64,000 bases of DNA from Callorhinchus milii (Eukaryota), in NCBI RefSeq assembly GCF_018977255.1, contig NW_024704807.1, positions 124,001 through 188,000 of the forward strand, in the 5' to 3' direction. The position numbers and the translations under genes were made by a program. Below the pieces are notes generated by a model that was not told where the DNA came from, searched no databases, and worked only from the letters and a program-made list of their open reading frames with translations. The first letter of the stretch is position 1. Each line of letters opens with the position of its first letter. Below are positions 38,685 to 51,263 of this stretch, piece after piece.

Positions 38685-39456
38685 ATGTGGGAGACATGTG
38701 CTGTGCTCTCAATCACTCTCAGCTTACTTTGCCGTTAGTATCTTTTGTATATCTTCTTTTGTTAACATCTTGTTATACCTTTCTCAACAATATAACATTA
38801 ATAATCCTTTGATTAGATGTTGCGCCTTTCCATATATTCGAGACGATTGTCAGCAGCTCTTTTGATCAAATAGTCTCATCGATTGAGTGTCCAAATTATT
38901 ATCTATTTTATTATTGATATATCATTGAAGGGCTAATTACCGCTGGTAAAGAGAGATGCCAATCGAGTAGCAAACTTGTTTCTATTTACTGCTTGGTAAA
39001 CAGGGGCGTATGGAGCAAGTAAAGTTGCCTAAGCTTTCGCTCTGCCCTGCTATAAAAGCCAGATCCACTTGCTTGTGAGGCGATTGCTCTCAACACTACA
39101 CTGCAGGAATCCACAGAAGACAATCTCAACACTATTTTCTTTTAAATCCCAGGAAACAGCCTGCAAGACATTGGGAATCAAACGATTGCTGAAATATCAG
39201 TTGAAGAGGGAAAGGATGTGAAATTATCCTGCACCTTAAAGAAAATCAGTGATGCCAACTATCTTTACTGGTACCGACAAGCTTCCAGAAACACTCCTGT
39301 CTACATACTTTACTCTATTGCAGGGAAGGATTATATGAGCCCTGACTTCCCAGATCGATTTTCCTCCAAAGTCAATAAAACTAATGAAGATTTCGAACTG
39401 AGTATTGTCACCGTCCTGATCAGGGACAGTGCCGTGTATTACTGCGGCAAAGAGCC
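38685..39456 (+). CDS. TRAV: TCR alpha/delta V segment, family E, intact
   Basis: Leader 38685-38733 (alternative ATG at 38679); V exon 39153-39456 ending YYCGKEP; RSS CACACTG 39457-39463, 23 bp, ACAAAAACT 39487-39495. Confidence 0.92.
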
Positions 39457-39519
39457 CACACTGCTGCCGAGCTATGGCGACTCCGTACAAAAACTCCAAC
39501 TGGTTGTTTTGCTGCTGAA

Positions 39520-39533
39520 CCGCCAGGGGGCGC
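39520..39533 (+). promoter_or_regulatory. CTCF consensus site 3' of RSS
   Basis: CCGCCAGGGGGCGC, 24 bp after the nonamer. Confidence 0.6.
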
Positions 39534-41053
39534 CATTGCATAAAACTGACTTTATATCTGTTTAAATACAGAGAAAACCGGTCAAGCCTTTGGAGACGCA
39601 TGAAAAAGTATTGTTTATTCTTTTATAATGCAAGCTGCACTTAAAACATGATCATTCTAATAAATTAGAGTGGAACATGTCGAAAGTCCTGTAGTCATTG
39701 GTTGCAGGTTAGAGTATTTACCTCGCAAGCAAGAGGACCTGGGTTCGATTCTCGGATGGGATTAAACAGTGGCCTAAATTCTTTGCTCCACATGCACGCC
39801 TCTGTATACCTAGCAGTAATATGAACACGATTTGTAAGTCGACTGGTGGATGGCTTTTCAAGCAGCATCAATCCATTGAAAATAAAATATGTTCTCTCAA
39901 TCTGTAACTGTTTGTGGGCAATATATTATCACTTTTCACCCCCAAAATTTCACAATCACAACACTGTACTGTATATTCTGCAAAGCAAATAAGACGTCTC
40001 AACGGCATTGTTAATAAATGGCATGGTACCAAGTGAAAACATTTATGGGTTCACAGTAACAAATATATTTCGCTGTCTGAACACTGGGTGACACTGGTTC
40101 GCTGGTATTTTGACCAGACACCACTGGCTTGAAAGCGTGCGAAAAATGGTCCAATAAAGCATGTTTCTGTTCCCCACTTCTAATCATTTTCAGAGTGTTA
40201 CCAGCCGCATACCTTTGCTTGGTTTACACTTTCCATTCTGAACAACAGATACACTCGAAACGTAGAGTATTGGAAACAAAGTTTATTACAAAATTGTAGG
40301 CGATCACAGTCGACACAATGATAGGGAGTATCAGGATTCTCTCACTGTTCTGCTCCCACGTTCACTGGAAAATTATTACTTATATCCTATACTATCCTAA
40401 ACCTGTTTGTACGGAACCCAGAGAAACTCTTTATCTCATTCCCTTCATCACAAAGTTCTTCACACACTATTCCTGCAAGTCTACCAATTATCAAGATACG
40501 GGGTCTCCGCCGAACTACATGTTGGTCCTATAGTTTAATGGTTAGAACTATCTCCTCGCAAGCAGGAAAACGAATGGCGCATCGGTATCCGGGGTAATAG
40601 TAACTTACAAAATGTTGTGAATTGTTCACCCAATCATCGACTGTTTGTGTGCTTCTGCAATGCAAACGTGGCTACCACGCATCGTTCTATAAATAGAGCC
40701 AATTAATTTCACTGCATTTTCCGCGAAGCATCTCGAGACGTATCCAAGACACTTTAAGGCGGTGCATCAAATACAAGGATTATTATTATTATTTGTATCT
40801 TTCCTTGAGTCTTTGTAACTAGGTCTCTCTACACTGTCTCTTTCACAAATTACTCTGGTTTGCCACAGTGAGGGAAAGGGAATCTGAACTTAAACGATAG
40901 GAGGTGTCGCAATACTCCTCCAGAGACAAGACAACGTCGCGGCGCTAAGAGACAACTCGTCAAGTGAAGAAGCGTTCAAAAGCGAGGAGCTGCATTTGGA
41001 TTATTCCCTCTGGCATTTCGATCAAAGATTTTGATGTGAATCGAGAGTTGAGA

Positions 41054-41508
41054 ATGAAGCAGATATTCAGCACAACGTATATTATTTTGAATTTAATAAT
41101 ATCTCTACTGTGTAAGTAGGTTATGAGTTCGGGCAAACTCACTCTTGTTTTCCAGTTAAATAATTGGCAATTGTCCTGGCAAATATTCTACGAATTTCTT
41201 TTCAACAACTTATATTTCTATTTCTCAGGTGTCTTTGCTGAAAGTGCTGTCTCACAGAGACCTCAGACTGTGACAGAGAATGAAAATGGGAATTTATCTG
41301 TCGAGTGCACCAACACTGAATCCACCACTGCCTTTCATTGGTACAAACAGTTTGGAAACGGCTCCATCCGGCTCTTCGTTTTGGGAACAAAAGACATCAA
41401 TGTGAAGGACAGGATAAGAGCTTTGGCGAATACAAGACAGAGAAACTGCACTCTAACAATCCAAAACCTGCGAGTGACAGACACCGCCACTTACTTCTGT
41501 GCAGCGAG
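41054..41508 (+). CDS. TRAV: TCR alpha/delta V segment, family A, intact
   Basis: Leader 41054-41111; V exon 41229-41508; RSS CACAGTG 41509-41515, 23 bp, ACAAAAACG 41539-41547. Confidence 0.93.
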
Positions 41509-42189
41509 CACAGTGCTGTGTGTCTATGAGGGACCTGTACAAAAACGTGCTGCGTTTACTGCAGCTCAATGGTTAGAGCACTCGCCTCGCAAGAGAGATA
41601 AATGGGTTCGTTTCCCGGCAGCAAAGGCAAACACGGCTGTTAGTCGATTGGCAGAACACTTTTCGTAGGGTAATAATTCCTTAAAAAAATGAAAAAGTGA
41701 CAAAAGTTTACTCAATCGATCAACCGACTATTAGCGAAATTTACGGCTGCGTTTCATCCAAAGTCAGTACACTTTTCTTAATCACAGACGAATTTTTAAC
41801 CAGCTGTAAGTAGGAAACTGGTTAATAATCGACTGGTTCCTTCAAACTAAATAAAGATAATGTGGGCACTCTTTGAGCAACTGTTTTTGAAATGCAACTG
41901 TGCGCAATTGACTGCCAAGTTTCGTCAACAAAAAACACAGTGATTAAATTTTTAAGTGTACATTTAAAGCTCTTTGAGGCGTCAAGAGGATGATAGCAAC
42001 AGCAAAGCTTATCGTTATATTTCAGTTTGTTTGAATACGTAATATCATGGTGATGTGTTGCCTCTTGTGTCAGACACACATGTTACAAACATCAGTTTAA
42101 AATATAAAGCATCATTCAGCGAAATAAACCGTAAAACACTATAACTTGTAGCTATGAAATAGATAAGTCAACTTGTGTTTTGCACCCAA

Positions 42190-42430
42190 ACTGCTGTAAC
42201 CCAGAAACCTAGACCGGAAAGGGGCGGGAAAGAAACTTTCCACTAACTGGTGCAGAGACATCCGAGAAACTGCTGACGTTACTTGATTCCTCATCTTTCG
42301 CTTTGAAACCTTCCAATCGCTCGTTTCACCTCGTTACCAAATTGACATCTGCCTCAGGGGATACGAAGCCAACGCGCAGTGGTCGATCGTCCAGCCGTCT
42401 GAACACACTCAGGCGCTTCCACTGAATACC
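42190..42430 (+). other. Conserved intergenic module 2
   Basis: Homologous to 21030-21270 and 31220-31460. Confidence 0.55.
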
Positions 42431-43085
42431 TCCTCCTACCTTTATTTGACTATATTTATTAATAATACTTGCATTTTAAACAGCGCCTTATCTCGTCTCT
42501 GAGACGTCTCAAAGCGCTTCACAGAATATACTGTAAAGTGATGTGACTGCATTTTGAATACGAAACGGGATTATTACCCCCACAAACGAAACTAACATTC
42601 GACCAACAACAAGTTTCCTACTTACTCATCTGTAAACAGTTGTGTTTGGGGATTAATGCAACACGGCCAACATTTCCCATCGCTGGGAATCGAAACGAGG
42701 TCTCTCGCTTGTGTGTCGAGGGCTTTAAGCATTCAGCTTCAGGACTTCGCAGGTGGCACATGTTTTTGGAACTCATGGACGAGTTTGGGATCAACTTCCA
42801 TATGGGTGTAACTTGCTGCAGGTGTCAGACCCTCAGCTGAAGAAATGAATGTTAGCGATGGAAGATAAGCCATGGAGGAGCGAGATGGCAGAGCAGAGAA
42901 GATGTCCCAAAATGACAGTGGCACAAGGTTTGTACGTAACTCTCATACCTACTCCTTCACAGTGTATGTAACTTCTGTACGTTGTGTCCTGTTCAGCCCC
43001 ATTCAAGGTATCTTACAGCCTCGCAGCCAACATTCTCCAACTGCACCATCAACGCTCTCTCAACTTCCAGTGATATTGAATACAT

Positions 43086-43845
43086 ATGACATTGTATATC
43101 TATGTGGCAGCAGCCATCATTATATTGTCAGGTAAGCGATCAGCTCGCTTCATCAGTCTGGTTCTTGCAAATAAAATCCAATGCCTACGTTTTATTGCAC
43201 AAAGCAACTAATACGCTGTCGGATATTTGTGGACCTGGAGTACTGTAGTTCAGTTTTTGTCTCACAAGCGAGAGGAGCTGTGTTCGATTCCCGGGCGGCA
43301 CAGGTCAAATACTTAGGCAAGTTTCCTTACTCCACACACACGCCAATCTTTGACTACCAACATGCAGGATTTCGGATAAAGGCCGATAGGCAGATGACTT
43401 TTATGGTGGTGACAATCCTGAAAAAAATTTATAACCCGTGATAATATGGGTACCTTAAGCAGGACATTTATGGGTTAATTCTGTGCGAATTGGCTGCAGT
43501 GCTTTGCCCAGAAAATACATTTCATGCGTATTACATGAAGCACATGGACACCTGAAAGTTGTGATCAGTCTGTATATAAATTGTAAGCGTTATCATGATT
43601 ATTATTGTTATTGGACTCAACGCTGTTTTGTGTCTCGTTTGCAGAACATTGTGCAGGAGACGCAGTGACACATTTCCTATCTGCTCTAACAGTGAATGAA
43701 GGGGAGGATCTTTATCTGCAGTGTAATTATGCAGTTACATGCTCCAGCAATCCCGGTGTGTGCTGGTACCCTCGCTATCCCATCAAAGCTCCAGAGTGTA
43801 CCCTGAGCACATCCATCAACAACAAGATCAATAAACATGCAGACT
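43086..43845 (+). pseudogene. TRAV: Family B V segment, 3'-truncated, no RSS
   Basis: Leader 43086-43131; V exon from 43645 reads to ...NKINKHAD, then joins sequence that normally follows the nonamer; FR3, C104 and the RSS are absent. Confidence 0.85.
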
Positions 43846-44294
43846 GCCATATGGATTCCTGCAGTTCATTAATTATTGCAATCGCCTCGCAAGAGAGTGC
43901 ACCTGGTTTTGCTTCCTGGCAGTAAAAGTAGGAACCCTGCTGTTAGTCGATAAGTGGATCCCGTTCCGGTTTAATAAATCCTTAAGATAATATTAATAAT
44001 ATAGTGGTCACTTAATCCAATGGGACACTGTTGTGTGCAAGTGGCTGCTTCGCACACAATATGCAGATAATTCGATTACAGTACATTATCTGAAGCGCGT
44101 CTCGAAGATGCGATTTGGCACTATATCAAATGCGAGGATTATTATGAAATATGATCAGATTATTGGCACAGAAATAACTTCATGTGTCTTACTTTCTGGG
44201 CGGACCTGCCTATGCACTTGTTAGCCTCTGTTTTTTTTAATCAGTGGGACAACATAAATAACAACTAATTGTATTATTTAACAATTTGCTGTCA

Positions 44295-44500
44295 AATGTC
44301 TCCAATTGTACACTTGCTTTTGCCACAATCCATCAGCAGATAGCGCACTATACACACATATAACATGAGTTGTACTTACAAAACGTGACAGTTTCCTATC
44401 TGGAACTAACCTCCTTGGCAACAATAACAGGTGCTTCCTGTTACAGTTGGTGTTGGTTCCCTGACACAGACTATTGCTGCTTCAGCTTAAATGTACAAAT
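44295..44500 (+). promoter_or_regulatory. Conserved intergenic module 1 with CTCF-like core
   Basis: TCAGCAGATAGCGC at 44333-44346. Confidence 0.5.
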
Positions 44501-45059
44501 GTTGCCCTAAAGCATTAACACAAGGTTTAGTTTGCTCAAGAATCAATTTCTGTTTCAGCTTTTCAATGTTATTGTCGCTCTCTCAAACAAGCAGCCGCTC
44601 TTAAGTGGATATCACTGCGGTAATCAACCGGCGAGACTTTGTTAAGGACAATATTGTTTTTTGTCTTGGTTAGTTTGGGTAGAAAATTTAAACTGACATT
44701 GTTTAATTTAATTTAGGAATTGAGTAACTATCATAGGTATACATTCATTGGCTTTTGTCTCAATTTTATACCGGAATTTGCAGCAATAATAATACTCCAT
44801 ATCTCTAATATAGTGCATTTCATGTTTGAGGTGGGAGAAACGAGGATGCTGTCAGCTGCTGTAAAATAAATCATACAATAGGCAATTTGCGCATATTAAT
44901 TTCCCAACATGTGTTCATAAAATGAGAGATGGCAAATTGTCGACTTGGATCCTGAACCGAAAATGTTCTGACAGATAAGAGACTGTTCAAGTAACTGAGA
45001 GAGTTTGTCACCTCAGACTTGATGATGGAATGCAATCATTTATTCATACAGGCTTGGCT

Positions 45060-45410
45060 GCACTATTCCATGATTCTACATCTAACTTCTTGCGTTGATC
45101 ATGTCGAGGCAAGATTACACCAACTGTCTGCTCACTCTATAACCTGCCCCGTCCATTCGCAAATTGCAGACTATCCAAACATCTGTATGTTCTGTTATTT
45201 TCACACACGATTACGCAAATTTTTTATCTGAACCTATCCCAACCTACTGGCTCCCAATCAATCGACTCAGATCGAATTCAAGATCATCACCATCACCTTT
45301 GAGTTCCTATATGGTTATTCCCAATCCTGCCTCTGTGATATTGTGGAAACCAACAAATCTGGTCTTCATTTCAGTGCCAAGTCGGTCACCAAATCGAATT
45401 GGCTCGTAGG
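45060..45410 (+). mobile_element. L2-type LINE ORF2 C-terminal fragment
   Basis: Degenerate translation ..YWLPI.. / QIEFKIITITFEFLYGYSQSCLCDIV resembles the L2 HWLP-RIDFKI-LHG motif. Confidence 0.55.
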
Positions 45411-45603
45411 AAATTCGCTCGCCCCTCCCCCCAGAAAATAAACTGTGAAACTTTAACTTCCCTCCAACGTTGAGCAGAGAATGCTCATGTCACTTGATTC
45501 GGAAGTGAGGTGATAGAAAACAAGTATCACCTGAAAAAAAGCCGTACACCTCCAATCAACACAAATATCTTATCCACACAAGAGCTCAGCGGTGGAGTGA
45601 ATA

Positions 45604-46641
45604 ATGGGGATGGAGAGAACTGTTGTGTTTCTGGCTCTTGGTGCCTTCTTATTAGGTAAATCTTTCCATCAAATTTTAAAATCATTTAACTGAGTCTGTT
45701 TCACTTTCCTTCTCATATTAGTAATCACAATTATATTATATTTATATTTGTAATGGCGTTTTATGTAGCGTTTCAACATGTTTTCGAGAAGTCTAACGGC
45801 GTTTCGCAGAATATACTGTAAAGTGCAGTGACTGTGTATTTCTTGGGGGAGAATCGGTAGCCAATTCCACAAAGTAGTGCTCCCCAAATAACCAAAAGTG
45901 TTTTGCTCTATTTTTCAAAGGATAGTCATCCCTGTAAAGCGATCGGTTGATTGAATAACAAAGAGTTTTCTATTTCGTGTTGTGTAACTAGAGGTGTGCG
46001 CGTTAGGGAAAGTTCCCTATAATTGTGCACTATCCTGTCCAGGAATCGAACCCTTGCCGTTTCTCTTGCGAGGCGAGCGCTCTAACCACTGAGCTACAGT
46101 ACTCCACGTCCTTTTATTTTCTTTTTGAACGGAATATTATTCCCGGATAGGGATCAGCTAATTGTGTAACCAACAGATTTCTACTTAGCGTTGGGTAACA
46201 AGAGGAGTGTGCGTTAAGGAAACTTGCTTAAGATTGTGCCCTGTCCTCTCCGAAAATCGAACCCGGGTCGTATCTCTTACGAGGCGACCGCTCTAACCAC
46301 TGAGCTACAGGAATCCACGCTCTTGTCTTTCAGGCCTGACCCAGGGAGACTCTGTGACACAGAAGGTGGCTTCGTTGATTAGGAAAGAAGGAGGAAGTGT
46401 GACCATGGAATGCCATTATGATACGTCTCTGAGCAGCTACTATTTAAGCTGGTATCGAGAACAACAAGAAACACAACCACAGTATGTGCTCCAAAAGCAT
46501 TCCAGTGGTAGTACATATAAAGCAGACTTTGCTAACAAGTGGTTCGCTGTTGAGCTCTAAACCTCGACAAAATTCACCAGTTTAACCATCTCCCTGTTGG
46601 AGCTGTCTGACAGCACTGTATATTACTGTGCTCTCCAAACA
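45604..46641 (+). pseudogene. TRAV: TCR V segment, family F, single in-frame stop
   Basis: Leader 45604-45655; V exon 46334-46641 with TAA at 46558-46560, then the frame continues to YYCALQT; RSS CACAGTG 46642-46648, 23 bp, ACAAAAACT 46672-46680. Confidence 0.88.
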
Positions 46642-47450
46642 CACAGTGACGGGAACCAGTCAGAGACTCGTACAAAAACTAACAGCGTTTAGTGGGTTTG
46701 TGCTCTCGTCTCTCTCGGCCGCAGCAGCGATTTCCTGTGGGAAGGGAAACGAGAAAAAAACACAAAGAGAACATCACATTCACAGCTCATCCGACTTTCA
46801 CGCAAACAACTTAATGATCCCATGATCCCAACTGATCATGCAGTAACCGTAGTTAGAGCACAGGCTTCGAAAGCGAGAGACCTGGTTTGGATTCCCGTTA
46901 GGGCGAAATATTTGCAAGTTTCCTTATTGTACATATCTATGTTTAGCTTGCAGTATGTTGGAACCTGATTGGCTGATTGCTTTTCCGACGATAGCAATTA
47001 CTTCAAAATAATAACTATAATAATACATAATTTGGTCACTTAATCCACAAATCTTTATGATCCACTTTTTGTGTGCAACTGGCTGCCGAGCTTCTCGCAC
47101 AGAACATACAGCCACTACACAGTATTGTGTATTCTATGAGGAATTTTGAGGCGTTTGCATAGTTTTATAAGTTGCTATAACAAACGGAAGATTAAACATT
47201 ATATTTTTATTATGATCGTCCTTCTCGTTAATGCTATGCCTTGCACGACTACAAGAATCTGAGTGAGAGGAATGTTTGTCACCAGTGACTGGTGAAAATC
47301 GCTGTACAAAAGCAATTGGTTGTTGTATTGAGACGCAGCTGAGATGCCAATGAGGTGACGTGAGACTTTGGCTCCGCCAATGCCGACAATCACTGCGGGT
47401 TATCAGCAAACTGATGGCACAGACACAGCCACACAGACTGAGGAGCAGCA

Positions 47451-48410
47451 ATGAGGCTGTTTGCTGTCTGTCTGGTGCTGGGAACCCTTAGGTCAGGTTA
47501 ATTTAATACAGTATTGATGCTGAATGTCATCTCCAATTCAACAACACTTGTTGGAGGGAGGGAGACCTGTAGCTCAGTGGTTCGTGTCCTCGACTCGATA
47601 GCGATAGGAAGTGTATTCGATTCCCGGACAAGACATGGCTGAAGCACGGGCATGTTTTCTAACACCACTCACACGCCTCTGCTTACCAAGAGGTAAGTAG
47701 GACAATGTTTGAACAAATGGGGTAATAATAACCTCCAAATAATAATAGTTTATCAAGCATTTTTAGTGGATAATATTCAGGGTTTAATCGTCGCTGAAAA
47801 ATCTCTAAATTATATTTTGATAACTCTTTCCACGATTAAAATTGGTACACCGTTGTACGCAATTTGGTGCTTCATTTCACCAATAAATATATGCAGCAAT
47901 TCAACTTTACAATATATTATGATTAGCTCTTTCAGCAGAATCAAGTCTGCTATACCAAAATACTTTGCTTATTATTATTTCATTTTTAACAAATTGCGTA
48001 TGTATAGCATTTCTCTCATAAGGATATCCTCCCAAGGGAATATCAATTGAGAAAAATAGGAAATAATATATCGTCGTGTTCTTGCATGTTTATTACAGAT
48101 CTGTGTGTCGGTGACTCTCTCAGTCAGAAATCTGCCACTATGGTTCAGAAAGAAAGAGAAACTGTGACGTTGCAATGTACTTATTCTACGACTCAAAGTG
48201 CTTACGGTCTCCTCTGGTACAGGGATGACCAAGACAAACAACCTGAATTTATAGTTCGGAGAGATACTTGGAATGACAGTCATGTCACGGGAACAGGATT
48301 TGGAAACCGTTTCTATGCTAAACTGCACAAATCCATTTCTACCACCAGCTTATCCATCACTGATTTGTTGGTGGATATAGCGCTATGTACTGCTGTGCCT
48401 TTAGCCTCAC
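47451..48410 (+). pseudogene. TRAV: TCR V segment, family G, FR3 frameshift
   Basis: Leader 47451-47496 (donor GTTAAT); V exon 48099-48410 has a -1 shift before the DSA motif; RSS CACAGTG 48411-48417, 23 bp, degenerate ACAACAAAA. Confidence 0.82.
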
Positions 48411-49129
48411 CACAGTGACAGACTGCACTTCAAGTATCGTACAACAAAATGCTTTCAATTTTAAACTTAGCGATGAACTGTCTGTTGAAGTGTGTGCGGA
48501 ACCTTGGTCAGGCCTTGAGGCCCTTCGAGGAGATGACATGTCTGTAGCCAGAATCAGGGGAGACCACATTCACCTGACACCAAATTGTTAGCTGATCGTT
48601 CAAAACATTACCTGTCGCGATAAACGTAGACAGCAATTAATGAATCAGTTAGTCATCACAGTTCCAGTTGCAGTTGATTTGTTTCCGTTTGCAAATATAA
48701 TAAACAGAAATGTTTGTTTGACAATACATCAAAGTTTTGGTCATATTTAGCACATATTTTTGAACAATTGGCCAATTATTCATTGAATGATTTGTGGACA
48801 ATGTTGTGCTCAATTGGCTGTTACATTTCGCCAACATCATAAACAGTCAATTCGCTATTCGGTGTATTTTGTGATTTGGCTTGAGACGTCTCAAAGACGT
48901 GATGAGGCGCTATATCCAATGCAAACAGTAATATTATTTTTACTCAGTGTGTGGGAGACGTGGCATCACCTTCTTTGTCGTTACAATGGCTGTGAGCGGC
49001 CTGAGTTATTGTAATCTGAGACTCAGTTGATATACGCAACTGGAAACAACAACAGATTTCTATTTCATTCACTGTTTTCATTCAGGTTTTGCATCAAATA
49101 TGAAGCAATGCTGAAATGTGGCATATTCG

Positions 49130-49143
49130 CCATTAGATGGCGA
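49130..49143 (+). promoter_or_regulatory. CTCF-like site
   Basis: CCATTAGATGGCGA; the paralog at 53748-53761 reads ACATTAGATGGCGA. Confidence 0.4.
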
Positions 49144-50331
49144 CAATGTAATATTAATTTCCAACTAACCAAGACGTTAAAAATATATGCCAACTAAATT
49201 ACCGACTTGAAAATTGCATTGTTAATAAGCATGCAGGCGCAAATTCATTTATATTTGAATTTGAGGGAACTTGGAAGAAAAAAGAATATCCGTGCTTTGG
49301 ATTATTATCCCGAGTCTAATAATTCATTCAAAAGAAGAATAATCGCAATTTGATAACTTAATCCACGGCTGTTTGTGAACTTACTGTGGGAAATTGGATG
49401 ACGCATTTCACCCACAAAAGAGAATCAATTCGCATTATATTCTGTGAAGCGCTTGGAGGTGACTCGAAGGCGTGATGATACGCTTTACCGCTCTATCACT
49501 AATGCAAGTATTACTACTACTATTAGACTGAGATCCGGTCTGCTTGTTCAGGAGGACAGCAAAAATTGCATGGCACTGTTGGAAAAGATATTTCCAGTAA
49601 CTCTTTCCTTTTCCATACAGACACGGCTGGAAAGGCTTTCAGGAGCAACAGTTCGTCCAGAATTTTTGGTGTATGATCAAATAAAGTTCAGAACGCACCA
49701 TTAATGTAATCAGCGAAGAGTGAGAATACTTTACAAGGAACCACTGATAATAAATTAAAATGTTGATACTTTTAATATAGCCGTTTCAGTCTGTCTCTCT
49801 GTTATTTTGTGGGAGACAATAAATGAACAAAACAATCACTGTGCTTATGAATATCCAAAGCAAAACTGCCATTTCCATGTTTTCCACGTACACATGCAAA
49901 TCTCAAAGACAAATTATTGGAATTGAATGTAAACTCTCTCTCTGCTTACTTAATTCTGAAGAGTATTCGGCAAGACCCAAAACGTGGGGCCTTCCGAGTG
50001 TGCGTTGGGGAATCTGCTGTAATCTAAGTTGCTCAAAGAACAAAGCTTGTTATTGGTTTCGTTTTGACAAGCTTTCCCACTGTTTGTCAGGCTATCACCA
50101 TCCTTCGAGTTCGCACTTTGGCTTGCAGGTTTAACAGTAGGTGAGTGAGAGTATTCCCTGCCCCAGTGACTGGTGAAAGCCGCGGTATAAAAGCAATTGT
50201 TTGTTGTATTGAAACGCGGCTGAGATGCCAATGAGGTGACGTGAGACTGTGGCTCCGCCAATGCCGACAATCACTGCGGGTTATCAGCAAACTGATGGCA
50301 TAGACACAACCACACAGACAGAAGAGCAGCA

Positions 50332-51263
50332 ATGAGGTTGTTTGCTGTCTGTCTTGTGCTGGGAACCTTAATGTCAGGTGAGGCCCTATTGAGCTAATTC
50401 ACTGTTGGTGATGATGCTAAGCTCCATTTAAACGACAAATGTGGAGTGAAACCTATATCTCAGTAGTTGGAGCTTCCGCCTCGCGAGAGGAGCTGGGATC
50501 GATTCCCCAGCAGGGAGAAATCTAAGGCAAATTTCGTTACTCCACAGAAACGCCTCTCTATACCTTGGACGAAGCAGGAACCCGGATACTTTATAAAACT
50601 GAGCAATACACCTTCCAAATATCAATTTCTCCATTCATTGGTTTTGAGTCGTTAGGCCGATCACTTTTTCGCGGGCAATAACCATTACTTGTCTGTAAAT
50701 AATAATTTGCTAACTCTTTCCACAACTGTTCTTGCGAAACTGCTGTGCGCAATTTCCCTCACAAAAATACACAGAAATTAAATGGATAGAACATTCTGTA
50801 TAGTGCACACTGACGTCTCAACACCGTGATAATGTGCTCTATAAATTATACAGATTATTGTGTAATTATAAACAAATGTCAAATGTATAACTCGTTTATT
50901 TTCAAACCTAAATTAAGTAACATATTGTTGTGCTCTTCCTTGTTTAATACAGAATTCTGCGATGGGGACTCTGTCACTCAGAAAGCTGCGACGATGGTTA
51001 AGAAAGAAAGAGAAACGGTGATTTTACAATGTACCTATTTAACGACTGAAAGTGATTACCTTCTCCATTGGTACCGGCATTACGCAGGCAAACAGCCAGA
51101 GTTTATAATATGGAGATATTCTGGGAGTGAACTTGAAGAAAAAGGAGTTGGATTTGGAAACCGTTTCTCTGCTCAGCTTCACAAATCCAATTCTTCCACC
51201 AGTTTATCCATCTCTGAGCTGGTGGTGTCTGATAGCGCTGTCTATTACTGTGCGCTCCAAGTG
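50332..51263 (+). CDS. TRAV: TCR V segment, chimeric family H body with family F 3' end and RSS, intact
   Basis: Leader 50332-50377; V exon 50953-51263 ending YYCALQV; RSS CACAGTG 51264-51270, 23 bp, ACAAAAACT 51294-51302. Confidence 0.92.

Noticed and set aside
43645-43845. Family B copy with a CDR1 Cys as the NAR-TCR supporting V
   Set aside because: It has a leader, is truncated without an RSS, and its inverted twin lacks that Cys.
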